Below the pieces are notes generated by a model. It did no database searches and was not told where the DNA came from. It saw only the letters and a program-made list of their open reading frames with translations. DNA of 64,000 nt, from the NCBI GenBank assembly GCA_937899865.1, contig CALBRH010000060.1:1-64000 (forward strand). The letters run 5' to 3'. Below, in pieces: positions 9,102-17,400 of this stretch (the first letter of the stretch is position 1; every line of letters starts with the position of its first letter). The stretch comes from an uncultured euryarchaeote (GTDB lineage Archaea > Thermoplasmatota > Poseidoniia > Poseidoniales > Poseidoniaceae). A program made the position numbers and the translations under genes.

Positions 9102-11557
9102 TCGTATTCCTCCCTAAAACGAGTCATTATCTTGTGTCCGACCATGTTTAATGATAATGTAATGACGAATAGGTATAATCCTACTGCGAATAATGAATAA
9201 TATGGTGTCGTACCAATCGGTAATTCGCCCCCGATTCGTTGAGCAATATATGCAGTCATTGTTTGAGCAGACCTAAACATGTTATCTGAGTAAACAGCTA
9301 ATGTCCCCACAGACAATGTCACGGCCATCGTCTCACCTATTGCTCTTGATAAAGCGAGAATAATTGATGCCAATATACCAGAGAGAGCTGATGGAATTGT
9401 TACCCTTGCCGTTGTTTCGGTGGGTGTTGCACCTAGAGCATAAGACGCCTGTCTCAAATTGTCTGGCACCGCTCTCAAAGCATCTTCAGATAATGAAGCA
9501 ATCAGGGGAGTAATCATTATTCCCACTACAATTGCTCCGTTTAGAGGATTGAATAGTTGGGGTTCTTGCGAAATCCACCCACGTTCAAGAAATGATGTGC
9601 CTATGTCAACCACTATTGGAGCGATGACTACGAAAGCAAAAAACCCGTAAACTACTGAGGGGATGCCTGCTAATAGTTCAAGGATCGGTTTGACAATGTT
9701 TGCAACTCTAGGGCTGGCATATTCTGACAAAAATATGGCTGTCCCAAGTCCTACGGGAATGGCTATAACCAATGCGCCTAATGCAACTTGCAAAGTTGTT
9801 TGCAGCAATGAATTTACCCCCATATGGAGGTTGGAATCTACAGTTACTAGGCCAACTGTTGTTATGTCTGTCTTCCACCATGTTTGCGTGAAAAATTCTC
9901 CTAGTGAACCATTGACTCGAGCAACTACATCCAAATACATCAACAGAATAGTTACTATCACTGCAATATTCATTGCTAGTCTACTATCTGAGTCAACGAT
10001 TGCAAACTTGTTACTACCGGATTGATTCCTAGAGTCATTGATTACTTTGGTAAACATTAACACTGCTACGCAAAGCGCAATGGTATGCCCTATTTGAATG
10101 AAATAAAAGTTTGTGAATGAGATGATAAGTGAGAATATCCCTAGAGTTAAAGTGGAATAGGGTAACTTTCCATCTAATTTCCAGCCAAAAAATGTCAATA
10201 TGAAGCTTAATGCAGAGACTAAAAGAATGATTGACAAACTAGGTGGAACTAACATAGACATGGTACTTATAGTTGCCAAAAATGCAAAATTTGTTCTTAA
10301 TACTGGCACTATCAAGTCTATTCGTTCAACTGGGATATTAACTAACCAGCGAGGAGAAAAAATTGTTAGTCCTACGACAAGGATGGTGATTACTCCTAAC
10401 AACAGACCAAAGTAATCTCTATCGGGAGTGTATGGGTTTGGATCGTAAGCATTGGGCAATCCATCACTGTCGATATCTTCGTCAATATTATTTGTTATAC
10501 CATCGCCATCGATATCATTATCCAGAAGTTTACCTGCTCCGTCAACTTGCTCATTTGCTACACCATCATTATCGTAATCAAACGGCAAATCCTTGATGTC
10601 CAGCTCCCTCAAATTATCCAGTAAGTCTTGATGTGAATTATTACCGCCTGTTGTGAAATCGGAGGTAAAAATGTACGAAGTCACCTCGTTTGAAAAATTA
10701 TATGATGCTGAACTAAAACGTGAAATTGATTCTCCTTGATAATCAAAAAATGAATACTGTTCAATGGTGAAACATCCGTTACTAGATTTCTCCACACCGC
10801 GGGTAACAAATTCATCCTCGAGTTGTTGGAGTATTGGTTGCCCTTCGTTATGGCATAACGTTACTTGATTGATATTTATTTCATCGTTCTTGTTGTATTC
10901 GGTGTTATTTTCATAATAAGGCAGCAGCACTTGATAATCTTCCATACTAAGTCTCGCACTATCATCACCAACCCAAACCGTCACCCACCATTCACGGGCA
11001 AGTTCAGGGTCTTGTTTGTGTAATATCAGAGCATTTTCATTATCTGCTATGTATTGTAATGGTATTTTTGGATACTCGTCATCCCAATGTTCCGGGTTTT
11101 GATCAAAGTATTCTGATAAATATGAACGATCTGAATCTAATCTTGGTCCAACGATTATTGTCCCATCAGCAAGTTGAAAAGCACTGCCTTCTCTATCGCT
11201 ATCGTCTGTATAGGTTTCGCTACTAGGGTCCCAACCGTAGGTATCTATCATTGGGTCTGATAGAACGACCATGTGTTCCATATCCCAATCAACTATACAA
11301 AAAGAATCAAGCCACAAAGGATCAGATATTTTCCCATCATCATATATCGCAGCATCTTTGATACTTGCTTTCAAATCTTCATCCCAATCCTGAGGCGGGG
11401 TGAACGAATCGGCACCGCAAGCAAACCCTCGATAGAATTTCGAACCGGATTCAAATAATACGAATACAATACCGGCAGTGATCATTACCACGGTAGCAGC
11501 AAGGGCAAATAGGACAATTCCTGGAGCGCTTTCTTCTATCCTGCCTCGCCAACGCAT
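9098..11557 (-). CDS. pstC: Phosphate ABC transporter permease PstC, enlarged (819 aa) with an ectodomain and extra TM helices
   Basis: Core IAIPVGLGTAIFLSEYA..ILELLAGIPSVVYGFFA..SEDALRAVP..SRAIGETMAV..SLFAVGLYLF. Confidence 0.92.
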   Translation of the reverse strand: MRWRGRIEESAPGIVLFALAATVVMITAGIVFVLFESGSKFYRGFACGADSFTPPQDWDEDLKASIKDAAIYDDGKISDPLWLDSFCIVDWDMEHMVVLSDPMIDTYGWDPSSETYTDDSDREGSAFQLADGTIIVGPRLDSDRSYLSEYFDQNPEHWDDEYPKIPLQYIADNENALILHKQDPELAREWWVTVWVGDDSARLSMEDYQVLLPYYENNTEYNKNDEININQVTLCHNEGQPILQQLEDEFVTRGVEKSSNGCFTIEQYSFFDYQGESISRFSSASYNFSNEVTSYIFTSDFTTGGNNSHQDLLDNLRELDIKDLPFDYDNDGVANEQVDGAGKLLDNDIDGDGITNNIDEDIDSDGLPNAYDPNPYTPDRDYFGLLLGVITILVVGLTIFSPRWLVNIPVERIDLIVPVLRTNFAFLATISTMSMLVPPSLSIILLVSALSFILTFFGWKLDGKLPYSTLTLGIFSLIISFTNFYFIQIGHTIALCVAVLMFTKVINDSRNQSGSNKFAIVDSDSRLAMNIAVIVTILLMYLDVVARVNGSLGEFFTQTWWKTDITTVGLVTVDSNLHMGVNSLLQTTLQVALGALVIAIPVGLGTAIFLSEYASPRVANIVKPILELLAGIPSVVYGFFAFVVIAPIVVDIGTSFLERGWISQEPQLFNPLNGAIVVGIMITPLIASLSEDALRAVPDNLRQASYALGATPTETTARVTIPSALSGILASIILALSRAIGETMAVTLSVGTLAVYSDNMFRSAQTMTAYIAQRIGGELPIGTTPYYSLFAVGLYLFVITLSLNMVGHKIMTRFREEYD

Positions 11558-11630
11558 GATTCATCCTCCAACATCCTGCGTTGTGTTGTGATGTCGTAAT
11601 GCTATCGGACTCTTTTATGTTCCTAAATAA

Positions 11631-11650
11631 ACTATATATTGCTATATAGT
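11631..11650. promoter_or_regulatory. Palindrome ACTATATA-TTGC-TATATAGT upstream of pstC (candidate operator or internal promoter)
   Basis: Perfect 8-4-8 inverted repeat in the pstS-pstC spacer; the same CTATAT/ATATAG core occurs in the other island spacers. Confidence 0.4.
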
Positions 11651-11656
11651 TGGGCC

Positions 11657-11687
11657 AAGTGGGAGGGGATTGCTCCCCTCCACACTT
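11657..11687 (-). terminator. Hairpin downstream of pstS (partial terminator or mRNA stabiliser)
   Basis: 8-bp GGAGGGGA/TCCCCTCC stem plus an AAGTG/CACTT extension; the loop reads GCAA (GNRA) on the - strand; ~30 nt after the pstS stop. Confidence 0.55.
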
Positions 11688-11715
11688 AGTTCGGAGGGTT
11701 TATGTTAGATATCAC

Positions 11716-14700
11716 TCAGCTAAAGTCGCCTTCAGCGGAAATTCTGCGCCACATCTCTTGCCATGTTGCGTCATCTAGTGGAACGTATCCTACTTCAGAA
11801 ATCTCAGCGGTTCCGTCTCCTGAGTAAGCCCAGGTTAGGAAAGCCGAAACTTCGTCCCAAACATCGTTGTTGACATTCATGAATAGTGGCCTAGATAGTG
11901 GTGCATATGATCCGTCTCTTACTGTGCCTGCATCTGGTATTACTGCAGTTTCGGTGGTGTCGCCCATACCATATACATGGTCGTTAGCAACGCCTGCGGC
12001 CGATAGAGTTGCTTGGTTTTCCGCATAGTATGCGAAGCCAAAGTAACCGATAGCAGTATCATCACCGTTTAGAGTGTTTACCAGTACATTGTCGTCAGAA
12101 GATTGAGTTCCTGCTCTGAATCCTTGGGATGCTTCGTCAAGTATTGACTCAAAGAAGTATTCGTAGGTGCCAGACGCTGCGTCTGGATAAGCAAGAACAA
12201 TTTCTGCGTCTGGACAGTTTGCGTTTAGCTCAGACCACTTATGGGTGCTGTCATCGTTGTCTCCGTTTGGTGTTACCGATGACATGTCAAGGCCTGCTGT
12301 AGTCAATTCTGCTGCAGTTTCAGCAGAGAAGATCCAGCGCAGTTGCGCAACTGTAAGTCCACCCATTTGTTGAATACACATATCAGCTGCGCCGCCTTTC
12401 TTGGTAACCACGGACAAACCGTCAACAGCAACTACAAGTTGGGTTACAGTGATTGAAGTGTCACCAACTGCGCACTCAACTTGTCCGTTTGCGTCAACGC
12501 CATCTTGTGTCTCTGTGGCCTTCCAGTCCCTAGACATGTCTCCAATGTCTACTTGGGAGCCCTTTGCTGAGTTAGCACAAACTCTACCTGCACCTGAGGA
12601 TGACCCACCGGATTCTACAGTGATTGTTGTATCGCCACAAATTTCGGTGTACGCTTCAGCCCAGGCTTCTGCAAGTGGTAGAACCGTTGAGGAACCTGCG
12701 ATTGAGATGCTTTGTGCGCCGCTACAGAATGCGTCGTCAAAGATATCTGAATTGCCGCCTGCGGTCATTCCCTTCAAGTATGCATATCTGCTGAGGAACA
12801 TCTGAGCTTCTTGGTTGTCGTTTAGGCTAACATATCCTACTTCTCCAACCTTGTCTTGGCCCATTTCAGTGAACAGTCCATACGCCATGAATGGTAGCGT
12901 GTTTTCAAGTGAAGCTGCATCGATTAGCAGATTCATAAACAGAGGTCTGGATAATGGGTTGTAAGAGCCGTCTCTAACTGTTGTTGCATCAGGAGCAACC
13001 ATGTTACCTGCATCATTTTGAACTGGAGCAGCAGTTAGTGTTGCTAGGTTCTCTTGGTAGTAAGCGTAGCCAAAGTAACCGATTGCGGTCTCGTCACCAA
13101 TTAGCGCATTAACTAGAACGTTGTCGTCACTGGATTGTTGGCCGGATCTGAATCCTTGTTCTGCTTCGTGTAGAATTGCTTCAAAGAAGTATTCGTAGGT
13201 ACCGGATGCTGCATCTGGGTATGCCAGATTAATTTCGGCATCTGGACAGTTTGCGGATAGTTCAGACCACTTGTGGGTGCTGTCATCGCCGTCTGCATTC
13301 GGAGTTACAGTTGACATGTCTAAACCTGCTGCAACCAATTCTGCTGCAGTTTCTGCGGAGAACATCCAGCGTAGTTGGTCAGGAGTTAGACCGCCCATTC
13401 CGTTTACACAGGTTTCAGCAGCGCCGCCCTTCTTCATTACAACGGATAGCCCATCAATTGCAACTTGGAATTGGGCAACATCTCTGCTGCTGTCACCAAC
13501 TAAACAGTCAAGAACGAAACCGTTTGCTTGTCGGTTTGCTTCGGTTGCCTTCCAGTCTCTGGACATGTCGCCGATGTCTACTGGTGTACCCTTGGCAGAG
13601 TTTGCACAAACTCTGCCTGCACCGGAGGATGAACCGCCGGATTCTACTGTAATTGTAACATCGCTACACTCTTCGGTGTATTGTTCTGCCCATGCCTCAG
13701 CAAGTGGTAGAACAGTGGAGGAACCTGCGATGCTGATTGAGCCTGCTGGACCGCAGATTACTGGTTGTGTTCCTGCTAGTCTTGCTTCCATAGTTGCCTG
13801 AATATCGGCTGGAATCGGGACATATCCTACTGAATTAACTAGTAGGTCGCCACCGTCTCCAAGACCAAACTTGAGGAATGGTACTGTGTTTGCAAGCGAT
13901 GCATCTTCAACAAGTAGGTTCATGAACAGAGGTCTTGATAGTGGGTTGTAGGTTCCATCGGCAACTGTTGAGCCACTTGGAGCAACCATGTTACCTGCAT
14001 CGTTCTTTACTGCAGCTGCAGTCAGAGTTGCTAGGTTCTCTTGGTAGTAAGCATAGCCGAAGTATCCGATAGCGGTCTCATCACCAATTAGCGCATTAAC
14101 TAGAACGTTGTCGTCACTGGATTGTTGTCCGGATCTGAATCCTTGCTCTGCTTCGTGTAGAATTGCTTCAAAGAAATACTCGTAAGTACCTGATGCTGCA
14201 TCTGGATATGCTAGATTAATTGCTGCGGATGGGCAATCGGAGGAGAGTTCACTCCATAGATGGGTTGAGTCATCATTATCACCGTTAGGAGTAACTGTAG
14301 ACATATCAAGGCCGGCAGCAGTTAGTTCGGCTGCAGTTTCTGCGGAGAACATCCAGCGTAGTTGGTCAGGGGTTAGACCGCCCATTCCGTTTACACAGGT
14401 TTCAGCAGCGCCACCTTTCTTCATAACGACTGAAAGGCCATCAAACGCAACTACGATTTGTCTTGCACTTCTTGAAGTGTCTCCAACTAGACAATCCATA
14501 GTGTAACCATCTTCGTCAATGGTTCTCTCGGTGTCTTTCCAATCCCTGGACATGTCACCAATGTCTACTGGTGTACCCTTAGCAGAGTTTGCACAAACTC
14601 TGCCTGCACCGGAGGATGATCCTCCAGATTCGACTGTGATGGTAACTCCCTCACAAGCCTCTGTGTAATATTCTGCCCATGCTTCTGCAAGAGGTAGAAC

Positions 14701-14940
14701 GGTAGATGACCCAGCGATGCTAATTGAGCCATCTGGGCCACAGACTACTGTTCCGACGTCAATTGTGTCGTCGGGTACAGTTTCATTTACAGTAGAATTA
14801 GTGCCGTCCCCTGGGGTAGTGACGGTGTCTGTGTTGTCGTCTTTATCATCGTCATCATTTCCTAGACATCCAGCCATGGCTGAGACCATCATAAGTAAGA
14901 TCAGTGTTATTGCTTTCATTTTGGTGCTTTGAGTTATCAT
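11716..14940 (-). CDS. pstS: Phosphate-binding lipoprotein with three tandem PstS domains
   Basis: Lipobox AMAGCLG; three copies of SISIAGSSTVLPLAEAWAE..VESGGSSSGAG..DIGDMSRDWK..YPDAASGTYEYF..IGYFG..YNPLSRPLFM..VGYV. Confidence 0.93.
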   Translation of the reverse strand: MITQSTKMKAITLILLMMVSAMAGCLGNDDDDKDDNTDTVTTPGDGTNSTVNETVPDDTIDVGTVVCGPDGSISIAGSSTVLPLAEAWAEYYTEACEGVTITVESGGSSSGAGRVCANSAKGTPVDIGDMSRDWKDTERTIDEDGYTMDCLVGDTSRSARQIVVAFDGLSVVMKKGGAAETCVNGMGGLTPDQLRWMFSAETAAELTAAGLDMSTVTPNGDNDDSTHLWSELSSDCPSAAINLAYPDAASGTYEYFFEAILHEAEQGFRSGQQSSDDNVLVNALIGDETAIGYFGYAYYQENLATLTAAAVKNDAGNMVAPSGSTVADGTYNPLSRPLFMNLLVEDASLANTVPFLKFGLGDGGDLLVNSVGYVPIPADIQATMEARLAGTQPVICGPAGSISIAGSSTVLPLAEAWAEQYTEECSDVTITVESGGSSSGAGRVCANSAKGTPVDIGDMSRDWKATEANRQANGFVLDCLVGDSSRDVAQFQVAIDGLSVVMKKGGAAETCVNGMGGLTPDQLRWMFSAETAAELVAAGLDMSTVTPNADGDDSTHKWSELSANCPDAEINLAYPDAASGTYEYFFEAILHEAEQGFRSGQQSSDDNVLVNALIGDETAIGYFGYAYYQENLATLTAAPVQNDAGNMVAPDATTVRDGSYNPLSRPLFMNLLIDAASLENTLPFMAYGLFTEMGQDKVGEVGYVSLNDNQEAQMFLSRYAYLKGMTAGGNSDIFDDAFCSGAQSISIAGSSTVLPLAEAWAEAYTEICGDTTITVESGGSSSGAGRVCANSAKGSQVDIGDMSRDWKATETQDGVDANGQVECAVGDTSITVTQLVVAVDGLSVVTKKGGAADMCIQQMGGLTVAQLRWIFSAETAAELTTAGLDMSSVTPNGDNDDSTHKWSELNANCPDAEIVLAYPDAASGTYEYFFESILDEASQGFRAGTQSSDDNVLVNTLNGDDTAIGYFGFAYYAENQATLSAAGVANDHVYGMGDTTETAVIPDAGTVRDGSYAPLSRPLFMNVNNDVWDEVSAFLTWAYSGDGTAEISEVGYVPLDDATWQEMWRRISAEGDFS

Positions 14941-15020
14941 AGTATACTCTCTCCAAACCGTGGGAGGTAACCATAGTATTGTGTAATGTGTCCGGAAACT
15001 ATTTACTTCAATATATTAAT

Positions 15021-15034
15021 ATATAGGTCTATAT
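15021..15034. promoter_or_regulatory. Inverted repeat ATATAG-GT-CTATAT between divergent pstS and AbrB-phoU
   Basis: Read directly in the sequence; preceded by ATATATTAATATAT. Confidence 0.4.
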
Positions 15035-15086
15035 ATAATTAGTGTGGCATGGGTATCTATCCGGAGTTATACGGAGGTGCGTTAAC

Positions 15087-16124
15087 ATGGAGATTTTAGG
15101 CAATATCGAATATCGAAAATTACAGGTTACCGGCGGTTCTACCTTCATTGTTAGCCTACCAAAGAAGTGGATAAAAAGTAACAATCTATCGTCTGGAGAT
15201 GTAGTGGGCGTTGAATGTTTAGCAAGCGGAGAGGTGCAAATAACCCCGCACGAAGTAAAACAAATCAGACGTAGTGTGTCTATTGACTTAAGCAAGTATC
15301 CAAAGAGTGCCCTTTATGATTACCTAATCGGAGCATATGTAAGCGGAGCTGATGTTATTAATGTCTCAATGAAAGAAGGAATCCCTATTCAACAAAAAAG
15401 AATCGTTAGGAGATTTTTAAGAGATACTAGGGGAATGGAAATCTCAGAGGATGAAGATAAAAAAATTTCAATCATTTCGTTACTGAATCCGAATGAATTG
15501 CCACTACAAACTAGTTTGAATCGGATGTATTTACTTGTAACAAGCCTAGTCGAAGATACACTAGGTGTGCTTTCGGGGGATGATCGAGACACTATTTCTG
15601 ATTATGAAGATAGGGAGCGACAAATTGATGCTAGACGCTTACTTATCGACCGGCAAGTTGCTATGGCTTTGCATTCGCCACAAATCGAAAGAGGTTTAGG
15701 TATTGATAGATACCAAGCGATGGAGCATGCAGTCATGGCTCATTACTTAGAAAGGATGGGTGACCACGCTCAAACCTTTGCTAGTTTAGTTGCTGATGAG
15801 CAAAACAACATTGAGTTTGAGGAAAATCAAATGCCAATGGCAGCGATACCGATATGGTTATCTTCATTAAGAGCAATTATTAGAAACACATACTCAAAAG
15901 ATATTTCTGTGTTAATCAAAGCAAAACAAGACCTGGCGAAAGCAACTATTGATTTAGAACAACATGAGAACGACTTAATGTCCTCGCGAGCACGAGCAAC
16001 TAGCGTTCTTTCTGAATTCAGGATTTCTGAAATCGTTAGGAGGTTATGTGGTTATAGTATAGACCTTACAGAGACTCTAATCAATATGCTTATTGCGGGA
16101 AAGACTGAGGCCTCTGATAAGTAG
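15087..16124 (+). CDS. Archaeal phosphate uptake regulator: AbrB-type N-terminal domain plus PhoU domains
   Basis: YRKLQVTGGSTFIVSLPKKW (AbrB/SpoVT-like); AHYLERMGDHA (PhoU repeat); ATG 15087 follows GGAGGTG. Confidence 0.85.
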   Translation: MEILGNIEYRKLQVTGGSTFIVSLPKKWIKSNNLSSGDVVGVECLASGEVQITPHEVKQIRRSVSIDLSKYPKSALYDYLIGAYVSGADVINVSMKEGIPIQQKRIVRRFLRDTRGMEISEDEDKKISIISLLNPNELPLQTSLNRMYLLVTSLVEDTLGVLSGDDRDTISDYEDRERQIDARRLLIDRQVAMALHSPQIERGLGIDRYQAMEHAVMAHYLERMGDHAQTFASLVADEQNNIEFEENQMPMAAIPIWLSSLRAIIRNTYSKDISVLIKAKQDLAKATIDLEQHENDLMSSRARATSVLSEFRISEIVRRLCGYSIDLTETLINMLIAGKTEASDK

Positions 16125-16126
16125 GT

Positions 16127-16810
16127 GTGAATATGGTGCCACCGATAAGAACAAACTTAGATAACCGAATGAATACGTTAAGATCAGCAATTTCTGAATT
16201 TTTTGATTCAATAATTTCATCATATAATCTAGCAATCAACGGAATAAAAATTTTCAATGAAGGAGACTTAAAAGAAATTTACAAGTTGAGAAAAAATGCG
16301 CAAAAACAAGCGGAATATCTCTCTCAAGATTTATTGTTAGTCCTAACCCTTAACCAGCCCCTGTTGCAAGATTTGAGAATCATTGCTTCATACCTTAGAG
16401 GAGTCGACGTAATTGAAAGGCTTGCCCGTCATGCAAGAGATATCGCGGATGCTCAGGCTCTATGGCACGATATTGAAGATACTGATACGCCTCTGCTATC
16501 CGAATTATCCTCACTTGGGCATGAGACGGTCGCTTTGATTGAAATAATGCGTGGTTGTTTAGTAGACCAAGAAGGGGTACCTGAAGAATTATTAAAAGAA
16601 AAGTGGATAACTATTTCCGAGTTATTTGGTAAAATATCAACTGAAATTCTTGAGGTTCAAGGTCAATCTATTGGCGGCCGCGAAGGTCGAATTTTGCTAA
16701 ACACTATGGCGAAAAGATTTGAACGCTCATCATATAACTTGATGAGGCTTGCAGATTTATGGCATTATGCGCTTGAAAACGAATGGATACATTTAGAATC
16801 GGTAGCATAA
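16127..16810 (+). CDS. phoU: PhoU family protein
   Basis: LTLNQPLLQDLRIIASYLRGVDVIERLARHARDIA and KRFERSSYNLMRLAD. Confidence 0.8.
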   Translation: MNMVPPIRTNLDNRMNTLRSAISEFFDSIISSYNLAINGIKIFNEGDLKEIYKLRKNAQKQAEYLSQDLLLVLTLNQPLLQDLRIIASYLRGVDVIERLARHARDIADAQALWHDIEDTDTPLLSELSSLGHETVALIEIMRGCLVDQEGVPEELLKEKWITISELFGKISTEILEVQGQSIGGREGRILLNTMAKRFERSSYNLMRLADLWHYALENEWIHLESVA

Positions 16811-17400
16811 CACAACTGCGAGGGATTAATCTGGGTTATGGCGTAGAAATTGAACGTAGATTTCTTGTCGATGGTAGAGGTTTAAAGCCGTGGCGAAATG
16901 TGCCAAATCTGTCTAACATAAAGCAGTTTTATTTGGATCTCGATTTGTTCGAAATAGGGGAATTCCAACTTTCCTACGATTCAACTCCAATAGTACCAAT
17001 AAGCGAGGCAGAAGAGAATTTAATCAGTAAGGATAATTTCTCGAGTGGAAGATTAAGATTTATTGACGACAAGATTATTTTGAGTATCAAAGGAAGAAGA
17101 AATTACGACACTGCAATGGAGTTTGAATGGGAATTATCAGAAGTCCCTAGAGGCATTGATCTAGATAATTACCCCTTCGTCGAGAAAACCCGATACTTTT
17201 GGCCCAGCGAAGATGGTTTTACATGGGAGATTGATGAGTTTGAAGGAGAGTTGGCTGGCTTAATTTTAGCAGAGGTCGAATTAAGTAATTCCACACAGGT
17301 TGTTGAAATTCCAGAATGGATTGGTTCTGAGATTACCGGTTTGCCAGGATGGTCTAATTCCGCTTTAGCGAAGACTATTAAATCGTTTAAACAGGACTAA
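16783..17400 (+). CDS. CYTH-domain protein (triphosphate tunnel metalloenzyme); start uncertain
   Basis: EIERRFLV, LSIKG, EFEW, EKTRY, WEIDEFEGELAGLILAEVEL, PEWIGSEITG..SNSALA. Confidence 0.85.
   Translation: MDTFRIGSITQLRGINLGYGVEIERRFLVDGRGLKPWRNVPNLSNIKQFYLDLDLFEIGEFQLSYDSTPIVPISEAEENLISKDNFSSGRLRFIDDKIILSIKGRRNYDTAMEFEWELSEVPRGIDLDNYPFVEKTRYFWPSEDGFTWEIDEFEGELAGLILAEVELSNSTQVVEIPEWIGSEITGLPGWSNSALAKTIKSFKQD

Noticed and set aside
779-14932. Many 60-180 aa ORFs opposite the pilin, pst and GT genes (e.g. 779-1333, 6409-6942, 13271-13801)
   Set aside because: They are fully nested antisense to long motif-bearing CDSs and have no recognisable motifs. The same applies to similar nested ORFs across the rest of the window.
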